From the NCBI GenBank assembly GCA_963749075.1, contig CAVVLJ010000021.1, positions 96,001 through 160,000 on the forward strand: 64,000 bases of DNA, in the 5' to 3' direction. Shown here in pieces: positions 43,677-53,368 of this stretch. The position numbers and the translations under genes were made by a program. Numbering within the stretch: the first letter of the stretch is position 1; every line of letters starts with the position of its first letter. The DNA comes from an uncultured Pseudomonadota bacterium. GTDB lineage: Bacteria; Pseudomonadota; Alphaproteobacteria; JACZXZ01. The notes beneath the pieces were generated by a model that saw only the letters and a list, made by a program, of their open reading frames with translations, ran no database searches and was not told the DNA's origin.

Positions 43677-44364
43677 CCTCCGCCACCAGGATGATGTGGA
43701 GGCGGCGCGGCCCGTGGGCGCCCATTTGGAGCTGCTGCTCGATGTCGGCGGAGCGCGAGGGCCCGGTGATGAGATTGACGGTGCGCGGCCAGGTGCCGGG
43801 TGCCAGCACCCCGCGCAAGCGGTCCCAGGCGTCCTCGTAAGGGCCGACGATCTGCGCCTCGCGCAAGACGACGAGATGGTTGTCGGGGAGGAAATTGAGC
43901 GTGGTCGGGCTGCCGGCTCCCGAGACGAGCATGAGCGTGCCGGTTTCGGCGATGCCGGCGAAGGCCGGCGTCAGGCTCGCGCTGTCGCTCGCCCGCGCCG
44001 GGCCCGTCTCGCGCTTGAGGAGCGGCCGGCTGGACCAGGGCAGTGCCGCAATTTCCGCGTCCGAAGCCACGCGGAGCGTGGCCGGCAGGTTCTGCGCGGC
44101 GAGGAAATCGGCGACGGCAGCCGGCACGTCCGCAAGCTCACGCACGCGTGCCACCGTGGCGGCGGCCTTCTCGGCCATCTCGACGAAGAGATGCACCTGC
44201 CCGGGGTGGTCGAGCTGTGCGCGCTTGGGCACGAGGTTGCGCGCGTGCCTGCTAAGACGCGCCTCGAGGGCCGCCTTCAGCACCTTATCGCCAGCGTCAT
44301 TGCCGGCGCCCTTGCCGAGGGCGCGGCGCACGCTCGCCAGGATCTGCTCGCGCGCCTCGCTCAC
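43651..44364 (-). CDS. lutC: LutC/YkgG lactate utilization protein
   Basis: GIAETGTL, LITGPSRSADIE..GAHGPR. Confidence 0.9.
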   Translation of the reverse strand: MSEAREQILASVRRALGKGAGNDAGDKVLKAALEARLSRHARNLVPKRAQLDHPGQVHLFVEMAEKAAATVARVRELADVPAAVADFLAAQNLPATLRVASDAEIAALPWSSRPLLKRETGPARASDSASLTPAFAGIAETGTLMLVSGAGSPTTLNFLPDNHLVVLREAQIVGPYEDAWDRLRGVLAPGTWPRTVNLITGPSRSADIEQQLQMGAHGPRRLHIILVAEGGDGQGEA

Positions 44365-45782
44365 GCTCCCTCCCCATCGTGATCGGCCGCCCACAAGGCG
44401 TGGAAGGTCGGCCCCTCGGGGCTCGGCATGTCGCGACCGGCGGTCCAGCCGCCCGCGAGCGGCAGGCGCCGGAAGCGCCCCTTGCCGCGGCCCAAGAGGC
44501 CGAGCGCCGCCATGGCCAGGCGGGCGCCCGTGTGGTAGAGGCCGGGGCGGCGGACGAACCAGGACCACAGCCTGAGGCCGAGGCGGAAGCGCTTCGGCAT
44601 GAGCCCCTTCTCGAACTCCCGCTCGCGCCAATGGCGCAGCATCTTGGGCAGCGGGATCTTCATCGGGCAGACGCTCTCGCAGCGCCCGCAGAAGGTGGAG
44701 GCGCCGGGCAGGAGGGCGCTGCTCTCGATGCCGATGATCGCCGGCGTCAAAACCGAGCCCATGGGCCCCGGATAGACCCAGCCGTAGGCGTGGCCGCCGA
44801 TCGAGGTATAGACCGGGCAATGGTTGATGCAGGCGCCGCAGCGGATGCAGCGCAGCATGTCCTGGAACTCGCCGCCGAGGAGCGCCGTGCGGCCGCCGTC
44901 GAGGATGACCACGTGATGCTCGCCCGGCCCGTCGGCGTCCTCGGGCCGGCGCGGCCCGGTCGAGAAGGTGGTGTAGACCGACATCTCCTGGCCGGTCGCC
45001 GAGCGGGCGAGGAGGCGGATGATGGTGCTGGCGTCCTCGAGCGTCGGCACCAGCTTCTCGGGCGTCGCCAGCACGATGTGGGCCTTGGGCAGCGTCTGGG
45101 TGAGGTCGCCGTTGCCCTCGTTGGTGACGATCACCGTGCTCCCCGTCTCGGCGATGAGAAAGTTGGCGCCGGTAATGCCCACGTCCGCGGCGACGAACTT
45201 GGCGCGCAGGATCTCGCGCGCCTCGGCCAGCATCTCGGCGGCGTTCCCGAGGCGGCGGTGCTTGCCGTACTGGGCGTGGTTCTCCTCGAAGCTGTCGGCG
45301 ATCTGCTCCTTGGTCAGGTGGATGGCGGGTGCTATGATGTGGCTCGGCGGCTCGTGGCGGAGCTGGATGATGTATTCGCCGAGATCCGTCTCGATCGGCG
45401 CGATGCCGTTCTTCTCGAGATGCTCGTTGATGGCGATCTCCTCGCCGATCATCGACTTGCCCTTGGTCACGGTCCTGGCACCCAGGCGCTTGCAGATGGC
45501 GAGCACGCAATCGCGCGCCTCGCCCGCCGTGCGGCACCAATGGACTTGCGAGCCGCGCTTCGCCGCCTCGGCCTCGTAGCGCTCGAGGTAGAAATCGAGG
45601 TTCTCGAGCACGTGATCCTTGATCGCGCGCGCGGCCTCGCGCAGTTTGTCGAACTCGGGCAGGCGCTCGACCGCGGCCGCGCGCGTGGCGGCGAAGCCGA
45701 GCTTCGAGATGGCGCGCTGCAGCGTGGCGTCGTTGAGGGCGCGGTGCGCGTTCTCCTTGAAGCTGGCGGTGGTCGACTCCAT
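44361..45782 (-). CDS. lutB: LutB/LldF iron-sulfur protein
   Basis: ETDLGEYIIQ, NEGNG, CIRCGACINHCP. Confidence 0.93.
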   Translation of the reverse strand: MESTTASFKENAHRALNDATLQRAISKLGFAATRAAAVERLPEFDKLREAARAIKDHVLENLDFYLERYEAEAAKRGSQVHWCRTAGEARDCVLAICKRLGARTVTKGKSMIGEEIAINEHLEKNGIAPIETDLGEYIIQLRHEPPSHIIAPAIHLTKEQIADSFEENHAQYGKHRRLGNAAEMLAEAREILRAKFVAADVGITGANFLIAETGSTVIVTNEGNGDLTQTLPKAHIVLATPEKLVPTLEDASTIIRLLARSATGQEMSVYTTFSTGPRRPEDADGPGEHHVVILDGGRTALLGGEFQDMLRCIRCGACINHCPVYTSIGGHAYGWVYPGPMGSVLTPAIIGIESSALLPGASTFCGRCESVCPMKIPLPKMLRHWREREFEKGLMPKRFRLGLRLWSWFVRRPGLYHTGARLAMAALGLLGRGKGRFRRLPLAGGWTAGRDMPSPEGPTFHALWAADHDGEGA

Positions 45783-45789
45783 GGCGCCC

Positions 45790-46542
45790 TCAGCGCCGCG
45801 GCACGCCGATGGCCGGCACCTCGGTCATGCCGGCGAGCACCTCGGCCACGTGGCGCACCTTGACCGCGGCACCCTCGCGCGAGAGCCGCCCTGCCATGTT
45901 GAGGAGGCAGCCGAGGTCGCCCGAGAGCAGCGTGTCGGCGCCCGTAGCCGTCACGTCCTTGGCCTTGTTCGCGGCCATGCGCGTCGAGATCTCGGGATAT
46001 TTGATGCAGAAGGTGCCGCCGAAGCCGCAGCACACTTCGGAGCCGGGCAGCTCGGCGAGGCTCAAGCCGGCGACGCTCGCGAGCAGCTTGCGCGGCTGCG
46101 CCTTGACGCCGAGCTCGCGCAGCCCCGAGCAGGAATCGTGATAGGTGACCGTGCCCTCGTAATGGGCGTCGACGGCATCGACGCCGCACACGTCGACGAG
46201 GAAGGAGACGAGCTCGTAAGTGCGCCGTGCCAGATCATGGGCGCGCTGCGCCCAGCTCGGCTCGTCGGCGAAGAGCTCGGGATAATGCACCTTGATCATG
46301 CCGGCGCAGGAGCCCGAGGGCGCCACCACGAAATCGTAAGCCTCGAAGGCGGCGATGACCTGGCGCGCGATCGCCTTGGCGTCCGCCTTGTCGCCCGAAT
46401 TGTAGGCCGGCTGGCCGCAGCAGGTCTGGGCGCGCGGCACCGCGATCTCGCAGCCCGCCTCCTCCAAGAGCTTGACCGCCGCGAAACCGACCGTGGGGCG
46501 GAAGAGATCGACGAGACAGGTGACGAAAAGCGCGACTTTCAT
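45790..46542 (-). CDS. lutA: LutA/LldE (CCG domain) protein
   Basis: LFVTCLVD, QTCCGQP, YHDSC, CCGFGGTF. Confidence 0.93.
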   Translation of the reverse strand: MKVALFVTCLVDLFRPTVGFAAVKLLEEAGCEIAVPRAQTCCGQPAYNSGDKADAKAIARQVIAAFEAYDFVVAPSGSCAGMIKVHYPELFADEPSWAQRAHDLARRTYELVSFLVDVCGVDAVDAHYEGTVTYHDSCSGLRELGVKAQPRKLLASVAGLSLAELPGSEVCCGFGGTFCIKYPEISTRMAANKAKDVTATGADTLLSGDLGCLLNMAGRLSREGAAVKVRHVAEVLAGMTEVPAIGVPRR

Positions 46543-46733
46543 GGCGGGCGTCCCCCGCTCGGATGAGGCCGCGGCCAGCATGAAGGCTCGGGCAAGGGAT
46601 GGCAACCCCTGTCGGGATACCCCGCTGCGGCCACGTGCAGAGCGATCGACACGTCCTGCCGAACCTCCCGGGTGCTCGCCATTAGCGAGCGCCTTTCCTT
46701 GACAGGCTGCCCCCCGATAGGGAGCATACGTCG

Positions 46734-46979
46734 GTGGCGCTGGTCATTCCACCTGACGTCGTCAAGCAATTGAAGGCGCTCTCCAAGGCGGACCGCCGGC
46801 GGTTGCTCGATGCTTTGGAAACGGTTGCGGCGGAGCCGGCCAAGCGTTTCCCTTTCGTTGCCCAGATGGCCGGGCATTCCGGCCTGTGGCGGTTGCGGAA
46901 GGGCCATTGGCGCGCGGTGTTCCGCATTCGCCACGGCGACGTCGTCCTCGACCGCGTGGGACACCGCGGAGAGATTTAG
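46734..46979 (+). CDS. RelE/ParE-like toxin
   Basis: K.LK.L..DR.R.., WRLRKGHWRAVF..RVGHRGEI. Confidence 0.78.
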   Translation: MALVIPPDVVKQLKALSKADRRRLLDALETVAAEPAKRFPFVAQMAGHSGLWRLRKGHWRAVFRIRHGDVVLDRVGHRGEI

Positions 46980-46981
46980 CG

Positions 46982-47734
46982 ATGAGCTCGATCAAGCCGC
47001 TTGCACAGACGAAGGACACCGTCACGCTCAGGCGGGCGGATTTTCTGGCCCTCCTCGAGACCGCCGGGGAGCGCAAGGATCTTGCGGCCGTTGCCGCGCA
47101 TCGCGCCTACGAGAGCCGCGTCGGATGGGAGCTCGCGCGGCGCAATTACCTGACGCGAAGCCAAGCAGAGCGGCTCCTCGATGGCGAGAGCCCGGTCCGC
47201 ATCTGGCGCCAGAAGCGCGGCTTCTCGCAACGCGCGCTCGCCGCGGCGGCAGGAATCGCGGCGAGCTATCTGGCGGAAATCGAGACCCTGAAGAAACCGG
47301 GCAGCAACGCCGCCCTCGTCAAGATCGCGGCCGCTTTGGAAGTTCCCCTCGAGATCGTCGCTCATTTGCCCGGCATGGCCCCGGAAGCCGGGCTGCGCCC
47401 GGTCACCCGATCTGAGGAAGCCGCGAAGCGGCTGTCGGAGCTCGCCGAGCGCGGTGCCGATCGAACGCGGATTGAGGAGGAGGTGCGTACGATCCTCTCG
47501 GAGTGGCGAGATATCGCGGAGAGGGCGGGAGCCCGCCACCAGCTGAAGGCGGCGATTTCCGCGTTGCGGGCGATTTTGACGGAGCGATCGGGCGGCTCGA
47601 CGCGGCGCGCCGAGGACAAGAAATGCGCCACGCTGCAGGTGGCGATCGAGGTCCTTCAGAACGAGCGCCGCAGCTCGCAGGGACAATTTCGCACACGCGA
47701 CGCCGCTCACTCCGTCCGCGGCAGCAGCAGGTAA
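46982..47734 (+). CDS. XRE-HTH antitoxin-like protein with C-terminal extension
   Basis: DGESPVRIWR..RG.SQ..LA..AGI..SYLAEIE..KK.G; about 100 extra C-terminal residues. Confidence 0.75.
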   Translation: MSSIKPLAQTKDTVTLRRADFLALLETAGERKDLAAVAAHRAYESRVGWELARRNYLTRSQAERLLDGESPVRIWRQKRGFSQRALAAAAGIAASYLAEIETLKKPGSNAALVKIAAALEVPLEIVAHLPGMAPEAGLRPVTRSEEAAKRLSELAERGADRTRIEEEVRTILSEWRDIAERAGARHQLKAAISALRAILTERSGGSTRRAEDKKCATLQVAIEVLQNERRSSQGQFRTRDAAHSVRGSSR

Positions 47735-48885
47735 TAGCTTCCCTTTGAGCGCATGCGGCCGGCCATCGCCTCGGCCTCGGCTCCGTGTCCCCAGAAGAGA
47801 TCGCCGCGCAAGGGGCCCTTGATGGCGGCGCCGATGTCCTGGGCCACGACGAGGCGGCGGATGCGCTGTTGTCCCCCTTGCGGGCTCGCGATGTCGAGCC
47901 AGAGCGGCAGACCCAGGAGGACGAACTTGGGATCGACCGCCAGGCTGCGGCCGGGCGTAAGCGCCACGCCCTCGGCGCCGATCGGCCCGTCGCCCGTAAG
48001 CTCGCGGAAGAAGACATAGGAGGCGTCGGCGTCCATGAGCGCCTTGGCGTCCTCCGGGTGCGCCCTGAGCCAGGCCTTGAGCGACTGCAGGCTCACGTCC
48101 TCGAGGCGCATGGCGCCGCGCTCGACGAGAAGCCTGCCGATCGAGACGTAGCGCCGCCCGTTGGCCCCGGCATAGCCGACATGGACGACCGAGCCGTCCT
48201 CGAGCACCACGCGCCCCGAGCCCTGGATCTGCAGGAAGAAGGCGTCGACGGGATCGGCGAGCCAGAGGAGCTCTGGCGCCTTGCCGTCGAGCCTGCCGGC
48301 CTCGATCTCGGCGCGCGTGGGATAGGGCTCGAGCGCGTGGCCCACGACCCGGCCGGTCACGTGCTTGCCCTTGAGGCTGTCGTCGAAGGCGCCGAGGTTG
48401 ACCGTCACGAGATCGCCCGGCTCGCCGTAGAGCGGCACGCTGAAGCCGGCGCTCTTCTTGCGCGCACCGCCGAGCTCGGGCTCGTAATAGCCGGTGAAGA
48501 GCCCCTCCTGGGTGCTGCCGGCACTCGCCCTGTAGGGCCGGAACCAGCTCTCGAGATAGCGCCGCGCCGCCGCCTCGTCGCCGTCCGGCACGGCGCCGAG
48601 CGCTTCGCAGGCGGGGCGCATGCCGGCGAGCCAGGTTGCCGCCTCGGGCGGGGCCACGGCCGGGCTCTTGCTCTCCGCCGCGAGCTTGGCGCAGGAGCGG
48701 CGGAGCGCCGGCAGCGCCGCGGCCGTATCGTCGTCGCGCCAGCCCGGCAGCTCGGCGAACTCGACGCGGGCGAGGACGAGCTTCTCGGGCGGCTTTGCGG
48801 GTGGAGGAGTGGTCTCGCAGGCGGCGAGTGCTGCCGCCGCGAGGACGAGGCAGAGCCGCAAGGCGAGCGTGGCGCTGCGGCGCAC
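47707..48885 (-). CDS. mltA: membrane-bound lytic murein transglycosylase A
   Basis: LAAC lipobox, FTGYYEP, FFLQIQGSG, AQDIGAAIKG..GDLFWG. Confidence 0.93.
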   Translation of the reverse strand: MRRSATLALRLCLVLAAAALAACETTPPPAKPPEKLVLARVEFAELPGWRDDDTAAALPALRRSCAKLAAESKSPAVAPPEAATWLAGMRPACEALGAVPDGDEAAARRYLESWFRPYRASAGSTQEGLFTGYYEPELGGARKKSAGFSVPLYGEPGDLVTVNLGAFDDSLKGKHVTGRVVGHALEPYPTRAEIEAGRLDGKAPELLWLADPVDAFFLQIQGSGRVVLEDGSVVHVGYAGANGRRYVSIGRLLVERGAMRLEDVSLQSLKAWLRAHPEDAKALMDADASYVFFRELTGDGPIGAEGVALTPGRSLAVDPKFVLLGLPLWLDIASPQGGQQRIRRLVVAQDIGAAIKGPLRGDLFWGHGAEAEAMAGRMRSKGSYYLLLPRTE

Positions 48886-48890
48886 CGGCC

Positions 48891-49583
48891 TTACTGGGAG
48901 CTGCGGGTCTCGACGAGCGCCCAGTTGGGATCGCGCGCGCGCGTGTTGCGCGCGAAGGTCCAGATGTCGGTGGTCTCGGTCACGTGGCCCGGGTCGCCGT
49001 CGACCGCCTTGCCGTCCGCGTCGCGCGTGACGTTGATCTGATCGGTGACGAACTTGACGGTCACGAAGGCGCTGCGGCCGTCCATCTGCGCCTCGAGGAT
49101 GCTCGCCTGCTTCACGTCGACGAGCGTCGTCTCGCGCGTCTGCTTGGCATCCTCGCGCGCCTTGATGGCGGCCGAGAAATGCTCGAACACGGCGTCGTTG
49201 AGGAGCGGACGCAGCGCCTGGCGGTCGCCCTTGGCGAAGGCCGCGACGACCATCTCGAAGGCGGCCTTGGCACCCTCGGTGAAATGCTCGGCCGTAAAGC
49301 CCGGGTCGGCCACGGCGATCTGGGTCAAGGCCGCCTCGAGCGGCGTGCCCTTGGCCGCAGGCGGCAGCGCCACGGCCGCCTCGCCCGCCGTCCGCTGGCC
49401 GGGGTCCGCCAGCGGAATGACCTTGTCGCCGGCACCCTCGACCGGCTTCGGGTGGAAGGGGTCGGGCCGCTGGCGCTCCTCGCCGGTGCGCCGGCCCAAG
49501 ACGCTCCTCAAGCGCAGGATGAGGAATGCCGCGACCATGGCGAAGAAGATGATGTCGATGAAGTGCACGTCCATCGCTCTCAA
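48891..49583 (-). CDS. Tim44/TimA family protein
   Basis: RLRSVLGRRTG, F..GA..AF, DIWTFAR..PNWAL. Confidence 0.9.
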   Translation of the reverse strand: MRAMDVHFIDIIFFAMVAAFLILRLRSVLGRRTGEERQRPDPFHPKPVEGAGDKVIPLADPGQRTAGEAAVALPPAAKGTPLEAALTQIAVADPGFTAEHFTEGAKAAFEMVVAAFAKGDRQALRPLLNDAVFEHFSAAIKAREDAKQTRETTLVDVKQASILEAQMDGRSAFVTVKFVTDQINVTRDADGKAVDGDPGHVTETTDIWTFARNTRARDPNWALVETRSSQ

Positions 49584-49740
49584 GCCGCCGGTGCAAGCTG
49601 GACCGGGCGGGGCCCTTGGTCTAAAGACAGCCTATGACAATACTCGAACGGAGCCGCCGGGTACAGCGCCCCTGCGGCCGCGGCAACGGCACCCGCAGGC
49701 GCCATCCTCTAGATGGGCAGCAGCACCCCGCCCTGCAAGC

Positions 49741-50214
49741 ATGGCGCTCCTGATTCTCCTGGCGCTGGCAGCCCTGCCTTTCCTCGAGATCGCGGTCTTC
49801 ATCAAGGTGGGCGAGCTGATCGGGGTGGCGCCAACGGTGGCGCTCACGCTCCTCGCCAGCGCCGCCGGCGTCGTCCTCATGCGCGCGCAAGGCCTTGCCA
49901 CGCTGGCGCGGGCGCGCGAGGCGACTGAGCGCAACAAGGCGCCGGTCGCGGAGCTCCTCGACGGCCTCGCCATCCTCCTCGCCGGGGCACTTCTCATCGT
50001 CCCCGGCTTCATCACCGACGCGCTCGGCCTTCTCCTCTTCGTGCCGCCGCTCAGGCGCGCCGTGCGGCGGCGCATCTGGACCGCCTTCGCGCGGCGCGCG
50101 CGGCGCGGCGAGGGCGTCGTCATCGAGACCGACTACACCATCGTCGAGCGCGGGCGGCCGCCGGCGGCCGGCGGCCGGGAGCGCCCCCGCCTCGGCAAGG
50201 GAGACGAGCCGTGA
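49741..50214 (+). CDS. fxsA: FxsA family membrane protein
   Basis: PFLEIAVFIKVG, LIVPGFITDALG. Confidence 0.9.
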   Translation: MALLILLALAALPFLEIAVFIKVGELIGVAPTVALTLLASAAGVVLMRAQGLATLARAREATERNKAPVAELLDGLAILLAGALLIVPGFITDALGLLLFVPPLRRAVRRRIWTAFARRARRGEGVVIETDYTIVERGRPPAAGGRERPRLGKGDEP

Positions 50215-50753
50215 TCCTGGTGCGCCACGGGCAGTCCTACTTCAACCTCCACTACGGTGCCACCCGCGTCGATCCGGGCATCCCGGACCCGCGGCTCACC
50301 GAGACCGGGCGGCAGCAGGCGCTCGCCGCGGTCGCACCCCTCGGCGCGCGGCGCCTCAAGCGGCTCATCGCGAGCCCATACCGGCGCGCGCTCGAGACCG
50401 CCGAGATCATCGCCACGGCCCTGGCACTGCCCGTCGCCATCGAGCCCCTGGTGCGCGAGCGCGCCGCCTTCACCTGCGACATCGGCACGCCGGCCTCCGA
50501 GCTGGCGCGCCTGTGGCCGGCGCTCTCCTTCGGCCATCTCGCCGAGCGCTGGTGGGGCCACGGCGAGGAGAGCGAGGCGGCACTCGCGGCGCGCGCGCGA
50601 GCCTTCCGCCAGGCCATGGCCGCGGCACCCGACTGGCCCGAGGTCGCGGTGATCACCCACTGGGGCTTCATCCGCGCGCTCACCGGCGAGACCGTCACCA
50701 ATGGCGCGCACCTCCCCTTCGATCCCACGGCACCCGCGTCTCTGCAAGATTGA
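50211..50753 (+). CDS. histidine phosphatase family protein
   Basis: LVRHGQS, SPYRRALETA, ITHWG. Confidence 0.88.
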   Translation: MILVRHGQSYFNLHYGATRVDPGIPDPRLTETGRQQALAAVAPLGARRLKRLIASPYRRALETAEIIATALALPVAIEPLVRERAAFTCDIGTPASELARLWPALSFGHLAERWWGHGEESEAALAARARAFRQAMAAAPDWPEVAVITHWGFIRALTGETVTNGAHLPFDPTAPASLQD

Positions 50754-50782
50754 GCGCAATTGCCCGCGAGGGGCAAAGCGTG

Positions 50783-50830
50783 TTAGCCACTGGGCCGCTT
50801 AGCCATTGGGCCGCTTAGCCATTGGGCCGC
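50783..50830. repeat. 3 x 16-bp tandem repeat upstream of secB
   Basis: TTAGCCAYTGGGCCGC x3. Confidence 0.9.
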
Positions 50831-50865
50831 AGCCCGCGGCGACCGCCTGCCGGAGGAGCGCTCCC

Positions 50866-51363
50866 ATGTCCGACGTGCCGACCCCCTCGAACAGCAACGC
50901 CGACGGCTCCGGGGCAGCGCCGCCGGCGCAGACCCCGCTCCTCGTCAAGGCGCAATACATCAAGGATCTCTCGTTCGAGAACCCGCGCGCGCCAGCGAGC
51001 TTCCAAGCGCTGCAAAGCCCGCCCGCCATCGAGGTCACGGTCCATGTCGGGGCCGAGCATCTCGCCGAGCAGGATTACGAGGTGACGCTCGTCATCACCG
51101 CCTCGGCCAAGAAGGACGACCAGGCGCTCTTCATGGTCGAGCTCACCTATGGCGGGGTGGTGGCGCTCGGTCCGGTGCCGCAGGAGCACATGCGGCCGCT
51201 CCTCCTCATCGAGGCGCCGCGCCTGCTCTTCCCCTTCGCGCGCAACATCATCGCGGACGCCACGCGCGAGGGCGGCTTCCCGCCGCTCCTCCTCCAGCCG
51301 ATCGACTTCGTCGAGCTCTATCGCCGCGAGATCGCCCAGCCGCAACAGCCGCGCCTGGTCTGA
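50866..51363 (+). CDS. secB: protein-export chaperone SecB
   Basis: QYIKDLSFENP, LLFPFAR, GGFPPL..PIDF. Confidence 0.96.
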   Translation: MSDVPTPSNSNADGSGAAPPAQTPLLVKAQYIKDLSFENPRAPASFQALQSPPAIEVTVHVGAEHLAEQDYEVTLVITASAKKDDQALFMVELTYGGVVALGPVPQEHMRPLLLIEAPRLLFPFARNIIADATREGGFPPLLLQPIDFVELYRREIAQPQQPRLV

Positions 51364-51382
51364 GCACCTCGCCGCCCGCCGC

Positions 51383-52054
51383 TTAAGCGAGCCAGACCGG
51401 GTCCTTGAGCTTGGCCACGAGCGTTTCGTGGGCGGCGAGCTCATCCTCGCTCGGCGCATGGGCGCGCGGCGGGCGGAACGGCCGCTCGGCAGCGCCGGCG
51501 CCCAAGGAGGCGCCCGCCGCCGCCGCGAGCTCGAGGGTCGCCTGGCGCCCGCCGATGAGCTCGAGATAGACCTGGGAGAGGAGATCGCAGTCGACGAGCG
51601 CTCCGTGGTAGGTGCGGGCGCTGGCATCGATCGCGAAGCGCCGGCAGAGGGCGTCGAGGCTCGCCTGAGCGCCGGGGAACTTGCGCCGCGCCATGGCAAG
51701 CGTATCCACCGCGCGCGCCGCAGCTAAGGCCGGCCGGCCGAGGCGGAGAAGCTCGGCATTGAGGAAGCGCAGATCGAACTCCGCATTGTGGATGACGAGC
51801 GGCGCATCGCCGAGAAAGGCGAGGAGCTCGTCGACGATGTCGGCAAACAGCACCTGGCCGGCGAGAAACTCCGCCGAGAGCCCGTGCACCGCCTTGGCGT
51901 CCTCGGGCACCTCGCGCTCGGGGTTGAGGTAGCGCTGGAAGCTGTTGCCGGTCGGCAGATGGTTCAAGAGCTCGAGGCAGGCGATCTCGACGATGCGGTG
52001 GCCCTCGGCCGGATCGAGGCCCGTCGTCTCGGTATCGAGCACGATCTCGCGCAT
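51383..52054 (-). CDS. dnaQ: DNA polymerase III epsilon subunit
   Basis: VLDTETTG, HNAEFD, HGALVD. Confidence 0.96.
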   Translation of the reverse strand: MREIVLDTETTGLDPAEGHRIVEIACLELLNHLPTGNSFQRYLNPEREVPEDAKAVHGLSAEFLAGQVLFADIVDELLAFLGDAPLVIHNAEFDLRFLNAELLRLGRPALAAARAVDTLAMARRKFPGAQASLDALCRRFAIDASARTYHGALVDCDLLSQVYLELIGGRQATLELAAAAGASLGAGAAERPFRPPRAHAPSEDELAAHETLVAKLKDPVWLA

Positions 52055-52067
52055 GGCGGTCCCCGGC

Positions 52068-52697
52068 CTATCCGCACCTTGCGGCCTCGGGCGGCCAATG
52101 CCGCCCGCGCCGCCGCTGCATCACTCTGACGATCTTGGCGATGCGGTGCAAGCTCGCGCGCTTGCCGAGCCCGCTCGGCACCAGGAAGTCGGCGCGGCGG
52201 CGCTTCTCGCGGTCCGGCATCTGCTGGGCGAGGATGGCGGCGAGCCGCTCGCGCGTCATGCCCGGCCGCGCCAGCACGCGCTGGGCCTGGAGAGTGGCCG
52301 GTGCGGAGACCACGACCACCGCGTCGTAGCGGCGTTCCGCGCCCTGCTCGAGAAGCAGCGGAATGTCGAGCACCACGAGCCGCGCGCGCCGTGCCGCCTG
52401 GCGGCGAAGGAAGCGCTCCTGGTCTCGCCGCACGAGGGGATGGACGATGCCCTCGAGCAGCACCAGCGCCGCCGGGTCGTTGAAGACCATGGCGCCGAGG
52501 CTGCTGCGGTCGACGGCGCCCGCCTTCACGGCATCGGGAAAGGCCGCGGCGATGAGCGGCACCGCGGCACCGCCCTTGGCGAAGAGGGCATGCACCGCCG
52601 CATCGGCGTCATGCACCGCGATGCCGAGACGGCGGAAGCCCGCGGCCGCCGTGCTCTTTCCCATCGCGATCGAGCCGGTCAGGCCGAGGATCACCAT
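52068..52697 (-). CDS. coaE: dephospho-CoA kinase
   Basis: GLTGSIAMGKST, DAD, DIPLL. Confidence 0.94.
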   Translation of the reverse strand: MVILGLTGSIAMGKSTAAAGFRRLGIAVHDADAAVHALFAKGGAAVPLIAAAFPDAVKAGAVDRSSLGAMVFNDPAALVLLEGIVHPLVRRDQERFLRRQAARRARLVVLDIPLLLEQGAERRYDAVVVVSAPATLQAQRVLARPGMTRERLAAILAQQMPDREKRRRADFLVPSGLGKRASLHRIAKIVRVMQRRRGRHWPPEAARCG

Positions 52698-52717
52698 GGC
52701 TCGCCCGGTGACGCGCG

Positions 52718-53368
52718 TCAGGCCGGGAGCATGCCGTGCTCGCGCAGAAAGGCGAGGAGCGGCAGGAGCGGCAGCCCGAGCACGGCGAAATAGTCGCCCT
52801 CCACGCGCTCGAAGAGCTGCGCGCCCAGGCCCTCGAGCTGGTAGGCGCCGACCGAGCGGCAGGCGGCCTCGCCGACCGCCGCGAGATAGCTCTCGATGAA
52901 GGCGTCGCTCAAGGGCCGCATGCGGAGGCGCGCGCGCTCGACGTGGTGCCAGAGACGGCTGCCGTCGCGCACCGCGACGACGGCCGAGAGAAGCTCGTGC
53001 TCCTTGCCGCCGAGCGCCTTGAGCTGGTCGCGCGCAGCCCCGAGGTCCGCCGGCTTGTCGTACCAGGTGCCGGCGCATTCCAACATCTGATCGGCGCCGA
53101 TGACGAAGGCGCCGACGTGGCGCAGCGAGAGCTTGCGCGCCTTGAGCTCGGCGAGCGTCAGTGCCGCCTCGGCGCTCGCGGCACCCTCGCTCTTGAGCGC
53201 CCGCTTGATCTCCTCCTCGTCGATGCCGGCGGCCTCGGCGATGCAGGCAACGCCGGCATGGCGGAGAAGTGCCGCACGGGTAGGGCTCGCGGAGGCCAGC
53301 ACCAGGCGCGGCGTCGCCGCCGCCCCTCTAGCCGCGTTCCCGCCCATGGTCATCTCGCCAGCGCTCAC
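52718..53368 (-). CDS. maf: Maf family nucleoside triphosphate pyrophosphatase
   Basis: LASASPTR, IGADQ, GAYQLEG, GLPL. Confidence 0.93.
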   Translation of the reverse strand: MSAGEMTMGGNAARGAAATPRLVLASASPTRAALLRHAGVACIAEAAGIDEEEIKRALKSEGAASAEAALTLAELKARKLSLRHVGAFVIGADQMLECAGTWYDKPADLGAARDQLKALGGKEHELLSAVVAVRDGSRLWHHVERARLRMRPLSDAFIESYLAAVGEAACRSVGAYQLEGLGAQLFERVEGDYFAVLGLPLLPLLAFLREHGMLPA

